Shown: positions 63,490 through 64,000 of the stretch, in pieces | How the letters are laid out: each line of letters opens with the position of its first letter | How positions within the stretch are numbered: the stretch's first letter is position 1 | Assembly (NCBI GenBank): GCA_965248445.1 | Contig: CBDFJG010000004.1 | Span: 1,888,001-1,952,000, forward strand | Source of the DNA: Planctomycetota bacterium | GTDB taxonomy: Bacteria; Planctomycetota; JAJSAM01; JAJVHW01 | Direction of reading: 5' to 3' | Length of the DNA: 64,000 nt | Notes under the pieces: model-generated | What the model was told of the DNA's origin: nothing | Database searches by the model: none | Seen by the model: only the letters and a program-made list of their open reading frames with translations | Translations under genes and position numbers: made by a program

Positions 63490-64000
63490 ATGAGCGCATT
63501 CGTCGTGGGGAGAACCCATATCGCCTACTTGGTCGCGGCTGCGATGTCGCGGCGCCTGAACCCGTGCGGAGGCTCGTTCACCTGGTGGCACGCGAGCGAG
63601 CGGAAGCACTACACGCTGAACGCTGGTGCGACGGGCTACCCGGGCGCGCGCACGAACATCGAGAGCCCGGAGGCTGTCGGTCAGATGCTGTGGTCCGAGA
63701 ACATCCTGAGCGTGCTCGGTCGCTACCCGCAGTGCGACACCGAGACGATGCCGGGCCCGGGTGACGACGAGACGTTCGACTACCACGAGCACGTCACCCC
63801 GCGCATCGGCTACGAGACGCGAATCGACCCTGCCCAGGTGTGGCAGGCCGTGCGCTGCCTCGCCTACCAGTCGTGTGAGCACGCGGGCTGGGAGACCTCG
63901 AACGCCAAGGCGTTCTGCGACGCGCTGGAACAGGCGGCGTCCGCTCTGGTGAAGCAAGCCGAGACACGCCGCGGCAAGGACTTCCGCTACCAGTGGGAGA
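63490..64000 (+). CDS. Mobile-element-type hypothetical protein, runs off the window (absent from the ORF track)
   Basis: GGAGG RBS; MSAFVV...GQMLWSEN..SV..RY...YQSCEHAGW..S.A; open to the window end. Confidence 0.7.
   Translation, partial: MSAFVVGRTHIAYLVAAAMSRRLNPCGGSFTWWHASERKHYTLNAGATGYPGARTNIESPEAVGQMLWSENILSVLGRYPQCDTETMPGPGDDETFDYHEHVTPRIGYETRIDPAQVWQAVRCLAYQSCEHAGWETSNAKAFCDALEQAASALVKQAETRRGKDFRYQWE

Overview
GC-rich bacterial DNA. A Planctomycetota-like host is inferred from gene style (ECF sigma factor, many carboxypeptidase-regulatory-like and TPR proteins, a small coiled-coil protein); this is not proven. The window is a mosaic of unrelated blocks joined by insertion sequences. 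Host blocks: two tandem Ser/Thr kinase-AAA-TPR paralogs, cysDN, patatin, a K+ channel, an ArsC-like gene with an in-frame UGA (probable selenoprotein), a deoxyhypusine synthase-like gene, mdh, lgt and a surface glycosylation cluster. Mobile DNA: four near-identical 1500-bp IS66-family copies (element A), two further IS66 species (B and C, nested), two IS3-type elements, one IS1380, IS1595/IS110/IS5 remnants, a phage replication fragment and a prophage-like integrase/xis block at the right end. Main observations: (i) 7-8 bp tandem duplications that frameshift genes, plus an inversion with inverted 8-bp target duplications but an IS at only one junction, which look like scars of IS excision; (ii) IS66 elements repeatedly located inside another IS66 transposase gene; (iii) recurring cassettes pairing an unusual secreted protein (12-Cys, Gly-rich or S/T/D-rich) with MauE-like and membrane-anchored accessory genes; (iv) a tRNA-like fold with an Ala-type acceptor stem beside an IS1595 remnant. 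No CRISPR array or rRNA was seen. All calls come from manual motif recognition; no database searches were run.
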